The notes under the pieces were generated by a model. It had not been told where the DNA came from. It ran no database searches and saw nothing but the letters and a program-made list of their open reading frames with translations. Position numbers and translations under genes: made by a program. A stretch of 20,000 nucleotides of DNA from an uncultured virus (IMG/VR IMGVR_UViG_3300048587_001176) (taxonomy: Duplodnaviria > Heunggongvirae > Uroviricota > Caudoviricetes), in IMG/VR virus record IMGVR_UViG_3300048587_001176; one strand, given 5' to 3'. Below, piece by piece: positions 17,492-20,000 of this stretch. The first letter of the stretch is position 1, and each line of letters begins with the position of its first letter.

Positions 17492-17666
17492 GTTTCACTC
17501 GACGCGGTTCGCCGCAAAAAGGAGCGCGGCCACAGGTGGGGCTTACCTCGTGGCCGCGCTCGTAATGTTCGCACTGTGCATGGTGCTATCCAGGGGGGCG
17601 AAGGGGGAGGTCGCTTACCCGCACACCGTTAAGGTGGAAGCGGCGGAACAGTTCCGTCCATATTGA
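17463..17666 (+). CDS. Possible small single-TM protein (antiholin/lysis accessory?)
   Basis: GAGGA upstream, basic N-terminus, hydrophobic AYLVAALVMFALCMVL; atypical codons and strong hairpins make coding status uncertain. Confidence 0.4.
   Translation: MQRRPMHSSKFHSTRFAAKRSAATGGAYLVAALVMFALCMVLSRGAKGEVAYPHTVKVEAAEQFRPY
17516..17561 (-). terminator. Strong hairpin, possible - strand terminator
   Basis: GAGCGCGGCCAC (17522-33) and GTGGCCGCGCTC (17550-61) form a perfect 12-bp stem; AAAAA at 17516-20 reads as a U-tract on the - strand. Confidence 0.5.
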
Positions 17667-17671
17667 AAATT

Positions 17672-17717
17672 CGGCCCGGGTGCCGGCAGGATCTCAAGAT
17701 CTTGCATGCCCGGGCCG
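17672..17717. repeat. Long imperfect inverted repeat
   Basis: CGGCCCGGG...GCAGGATC-TCAA-GATCTTGC...CCCGGGCCG. Confidence 0.75.
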
Positions 17718-17755
17718 TCCAGACGCCCCGACGACCTCCAAACCGTCAGGTTCTC

Positions 17756-17790
17756 GACCCCCTAGCCCTCGCGGCTGGGGGGTCTTTTTT
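17756..17790 (+). terminator. Intrinsic terminator ending the lysis operon
   Basis: GACCCCCTAGCC-CTCGC-GGCTGGGGGGTC followed by TTTTTT. Confidence 0.88.
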
Positions 17791-17794
17791 CGTT

Positions 17795-18022
17795 TCAGCT
17801 TCCCACCGGCCGCCAGACGATCGCGTCCGCAGGCTGCTCCTCGCCGTCCTCGACGATGTACCGCACCGCTCCGAAGGGGATGCCCGGCGCCACCGGACCG
17901 ATCGGCTGCCAGCCGGGCGGCAGGTCGCCCGGGGCGGCGAAGACCCTCACTACCATGTCGCCTGGCACGGGGTGTCCGGTGACCTTCCAATGGAGGACGC
18001 CGTCGAGTGTCAGGGTGCTCAT
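17795..18022 (-). CDS. Hypothetical protein (75 aa)
   Basis: ATG 18022 overlaps the upstream stop (ATGA); ends next to the convergent terminator. Confidence 0.6.
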   Translation of the reverse strand: MSTLTLDGVLHWKVTGHPVPGDMVVRVFAAPGDLPPGWQPIGPVAPGIPFGAVRYIVEDGEEQPADAIVWRPVGS

Positions 18023-18318
18023 CTGATCTCGATCTCCCATTTCCCATAGTCGCCGCGGAGCGTGTAGGCGTGGGTCCAGCTATCGCAGGTGAGGCGATAG
18101 TAGCCGAAGAGGCTCAGCTGGGCCTCATTCACCCTGTTGCACGGCAGGCCACGCTTCTGGACGGTCCGGCGGAGGTCGTCGGCAATCCCGATCGCCATCG
18201 CCTCCGAGATGTCCTTACGCAGCATGGCGTCGTCCTCGAGCCACTCCGGACGCTCGGCGGCAGAGACCGGGGACGCCAGCAGCGCCACGACAACCGCGAT
18301 GATCTTGGCCTTGCTCAC
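18019..18318 (-). CDS. Small secreted protein with two Cys
   Basis: AAAGGAG RBS, GTG start, Sec signal peptide MSKAKIIAVVVALLASPVSA|A; LPCNRV...RLTCDS. Confidence 0.75.
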   Translation of the reverse strand: MSKAKIIAVVVALLASPVSAAERPEWLEDDAMLRKDISEAMAIGIADDLRRTVQKRGLPCNRVNEAQLSLFGYYRLTCDSWTHAYTLRGDYGKWEIEIR

Positions 18319-18672
18319 TCAAACTCCTTTGCGCCGGTCCTCGCCGGCTAAATGGTGGCGGTGAACGGCGGCGCCGTGGCGGCCGCCTTCCCCGCCAAGG
18401 TCGCTAACGAAATCGACCCGCACGGGCGGTTTCCCGCATGAGTGGCACTTCAGTAGGGGCACCACCTGGCGAAGGGTCTTAGTCCAGCCGGCGTTGGCGG
18501 CCAATAGCCGGAGGGGCATCCCGGTCTCGAAGTGATCCGAGCACTCGATCTCCAGCCACCAGCCGGCGAGCTTCGCCAGGGGCACATCCCACGGCGCCTC
18601 CTCAGGGAACGGAGTGAACGGGTCAATCAGGTCGGGGAAGCCGTACTTGGTCTTCGGGACGCGCTCGCTCAC
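18319..18672 (-). CDS. Putative zinc-ribbon protein (117 aa)
   Basis: GTG 18672 overlaps the integrase stop (GTGA); WLEIECSDH...LKCHSCG ligand pairs. The 220-aa track version overlaps the integrase and is unlikely. Confidence 0.65.
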   Translation of the reverse strand: MSERVPKTKYGFPDLIDPFTPFPEEAPWDVPLAKLAGWWLEIECSDHFETGMPLRLLAANAGWTKTLRQVVPLLKCHSCGKPPVRVDFVSDLGGEGGRHGAAVHRHHLAGEDRRKGV

Positions 18673-20000
18673 TTCACCACGACCGCCGGCGGCTTCCACT
18701 TGAACATGATGCTCTGGAGCACCTCGAGCTTCAGCTCCAAGTCCGCGCCCTCGCCATAGGCCGGGCGCTCGAACTCGTGCCCCATCAAGTCGGCCTGCAC
18801 GCGATCGAGCGCCTTGGCCTTGAGGATGCGGTCCTGAAAGGTATGGCGCAGGCTGTAAAGCTGGTGCGCCTTGCTCGGCCGCAGCTTCAGATCGTCGAGC
18901 CGACGATTCACCAGGGTCGAGAGGTTGTCCTCTTTGTCGTGGTAGCGGGGAAACCCGCCCGGCGCCTGCTTGAAAGCCCACAGGGAAACGCCGACCAGCG
19001 GGATCACGCGGGGGCGATAGTCGGACTTGAGCCGACGGTCCTCGCGCTCTGGCAGGTTGATGTGCGGGATCTTGTGCTCAAGGACGATGTCCTCCGGCCG
19101 CAGGTTGCATGCCTCGCTGGGGCTGAGGCCCGTCTCGACCATCGCGTAGAAGATCATGCGGGCATCGAAGTTCAGCTCGTCCAGCGCCGTGGGCTGCAGC
19201 AGCACGTCCTCGACGTAGGCGTTCGCGAAGGGCAGGCGCTTGTCCGCCTTCGTGGCGTTGGTCGCCTTCACCCGGGTCTTGTCCCAAACGCTGTGGTAGT
19301 CCGTCTGCAGCCGCTGGTCGATGACGGTGAGCATCCCCTTCATGTCGCTGAAGCTGCGGTTGATCGTGTCCGCCTTCAGCTTCTCCGTTCTGACCTTGTC
19401 CTCCCACCACGTCCGGTACTTGAGGACATCCTGCCGCGTCACATCCGGCAGGGCTTTGTCCCCGATGCACGCCACGGCATAAGCCACGGCCCGCTCGCGG
19501 GGCACCCGATGCTTTCGCATCTGGTTCTCGGACATCCCCATGAACGTCATCGTCGAGTGCTCAGCGTATTTGGTCCACACCTCGCTGAGCATGATCTGCG
19601 GCTCGGGCACCGTCCCCAGCATCGCGTCGACCACGGGCTTCTGCCCGAGGTGGGGCTTCAGCGCCTCGATGCGGTCGAGCACCTCGTCAAGGCTGGCCGA
19701 CGACAGCAGCTCGGCTGTCGGCCGGTAGCCGAAGCCGTGTGCGGCCACGATGCGGGTCGCGTTCTCGTACCGCTCCCACGCATTGGCCGGGTTTTGGCCG
19801 GCGAGGAGCGAGGCCCACAAGGCCTCGTTTGCCTCGTTCAGGGCGCGGGCTTGGGTGCGCGCCGTATGCTCGTCGCGGGTGCCCAAATCCTTCCGGACGA
19901 CCGTTCGGCCGTCGAGCTCCTGCACCATCTTCGGCACCTTCCGCGCGTAGAAGTAGATGCCGCTGTCAGGCCGTTGGTGGAGGTAGTCTTTGCTCTTCAC
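18669..20000 (-). CDS. int: Tyrosine recombinase/integrase with DUF6538-like N-terminal domain
   Basis: YLHQRPDSGIYFYARKVP...RKDLGTRD arm-binding-like domain; ETGLSPSE, LKSDYRPRVIPL, YSLRHTF, LMGH, PAYG boxes; GTG is at the window edge, so the start is unconfirmed. Confidence 0.9.
   Translation of the reverse strand: MKSKDYLHQRPDSGIYFYARKVPKMVQELDGRTVVRKDLGTRDEHTARTQARALNEANEALWASLLAGQNPANAWERYENATRIVAAHGFGYRPTAELLSSASLDEVLDRIEALKPHLGQKPVVDAMLGTVPEPQIMLSEVWTKYAEHSTMTFMGMSENQMRKHRVPRERAVAYAVACIGDKALPDVTRQDVLKYRTWWEDKVRTEKLKADTINRSFSDMKGMLTVIDQRLQTDYHSVWDKTRVKATNATKADKRLPFANAYVEDVLLQPTALDELNFDARMIFYAMVETGLSPSEACNLRPEDIVLEHKIPHINLPEREDRRLKSDYRPRVIPLVGVSLWAFKQAPGGFPRYHDKEDNLSTLVNRRLDDLKLRPSKAHQLYSLRHTFQDRILKAKALDRVQADLMGHEFERPAYGEGADLELKLEVLQSIMFKWKPPAVVVK

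Larger units (their letters stand above)
1..20000. mobile_element. Part of a P2-like temperate phage/prophage (tail, lysis and integrase modules)
   Basis: Sheath-tube-chaperone-tape measure-U-D-X synteny, endolysin/spanin/holin cassette and tyrosine integrase; no host housekeeping genes seen; att sites not visible in window. Confidence 0.93.

Noticed and set aside
17500..17790. tRNA or CRISPR array
   Set aside because: No cloverleaf with T-loop/CCA and no regularly spaced identical repeats
17667..17794. att site next to the integrase operon
   Set aside because: No partner repeat or tRNA fragment identifiable within the window; the attachment site more likely lies beyond base 20000
17663..18049. 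+ strand ORFs 17663-18049 and 17680-17982
   Set aside because: They run through a clear terminator and lie opposite a coupled - strand operon

Overview
GC-rich window from a temperate, P2-like (contractile-tailed) phage or prophage, probably of an alphaproteobacterial host (inferred from the gene families). The + strand carries a tightly packed late operon. It begins with a large DUF4815-type baseplate/fibre protein (5' end outside the window) and a cluster of eight fibre-type genes. These are followed by a DUF1353 protein, tail sheath, tail tube, tail assembly chaperone with an apparent -1 frameshift extension, tape measure, and gpU-gpD-gpX. After a terminator comes a lysis cassette: TIGR02594-type endolysin, an unknown Cys-rich protein, overlapping Rz/Rz1 spanins and a holin. 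A convergent - strand operon holds a DUF6538-type tyrosine integrase coupled to three small unknown genes. The most notable observations are: (i) the fibre genes look like a daisy chain of separate polypeptides with matching C-terminal and N-terminal docking motifs; (ii) the first catalytic Arg of the integrase is replaced by Ser; (iii) a hairpin-dense stretch of about 300 nt lies between the lysis and integrase operons; (iv) an unannotated gpE+E' frameshift. All family assignments come from motif recognition only; no searches were run.
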